Source of the DNA: Pelomyxa schiedti
Taxonomy: Eukaryota > Protista > Evosea
DNA length: 64,000 nucleotides
Direction: 5' to 3'
Assembly: GCA_020536535.1 (NCBI GenBank)
Contig: JAHLWZ010000822.1
Span: 45,337-109,336, forward strand
The translations under genes were made by a program, and so were the position numbers. The notes under the pieces are model-generated. The model had not been told where the DNA came from. It saw only the letters and a list, made by a program, of their open reading frames with translations, and made no database searches. Shown here piece by piece: positions 63,716-64,000 of the stretch (positions are counted from its first letter, which is position 1; each line of letters opens with the position of its first letter).

Positions 63716-64000
63716 ATGAACGTCTCGCCATCAGACGGCGACCCCTCCGCGTCGTCTACCTCTGCCTCGTCCTCGGCCCCTCCGCCCCCGTCCTTCTCCC
63801 CGTCTCCGTCCCCGTCCCCGTCCCCGTCGGCGCCCCTGCCGTCGCCCTCCCCGCCCTCCGCCCCTTCCGCCGCCTCGGCCTCGGTCCCCTCGCCCCGCCA
63901 CTCGCAGCACCTCCCGCCGCCCACCCACGCCGCCCCGCGGCCCCCCTCCTCCCTGCACTCCTCCGCGCCCCTGGCGCCGCCCCCTCCCTCCTCCTCGCCA
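63716..64000 (+). CDS. 5' end of a Pro/Ser-rich gene truncated by the window edge
   Basis: AAAAATG start, open GC-rich frame MNVSPSDGDPSASSTSASSSAPPPPSF, like the other gene 5' ends here. Confidence 0.55.
   Translation, partial: MNVSPSDGDPSASSTSASSSAPPPPSFSPSPSPSPSPSAPLPSPSPPSAPSAASASVPSPRHSQHLPPPTHAAPRPPSSLHSSAPLAPPPPSSSP

Overview
Gene-dense eukaryotic nuclear DNA, not prokaryotic. It holds about 23 protein-coding genes split by many very short spliceosomal introns (mostly about 35-60 nt, GT-AG, one GC-AG), with intergenic gaps often under 100 bp. Gene content (Roco kinase, ERK7/ErkB-like MAPK) points to an amoebozoan. The expanded intronless families resemble those I recall from the archamoeba Pelomyxa; this taxonomic call is unverified inference. 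Conserved genes: mago nashi, AFG2/SPATA5, MAPK, CaMK-group kinase, Roco, CCZ1/HPS4-like, Yip1, SUMO protease, NMNAT-like. The main highlight is a single-pass receptor with about 13 Cys-linked FN3-like repeats, an EGF domain, a TM helix and an intact cytoplasmic RasGAP domain. Other candidates: a MavL/Larg1-like macrodomain protein, a degenerate eIF4A-like helicase with possible TREX-type motifs next to mago nashi, an 8-nt microexon encoding a kinase catalytic loop, and a ~735-bp CpG-free relic. All gene models were spliced by hand, so boundaries are approximate. No rRNA, tRNA, CRISPR array or intact mobile element was recognised.
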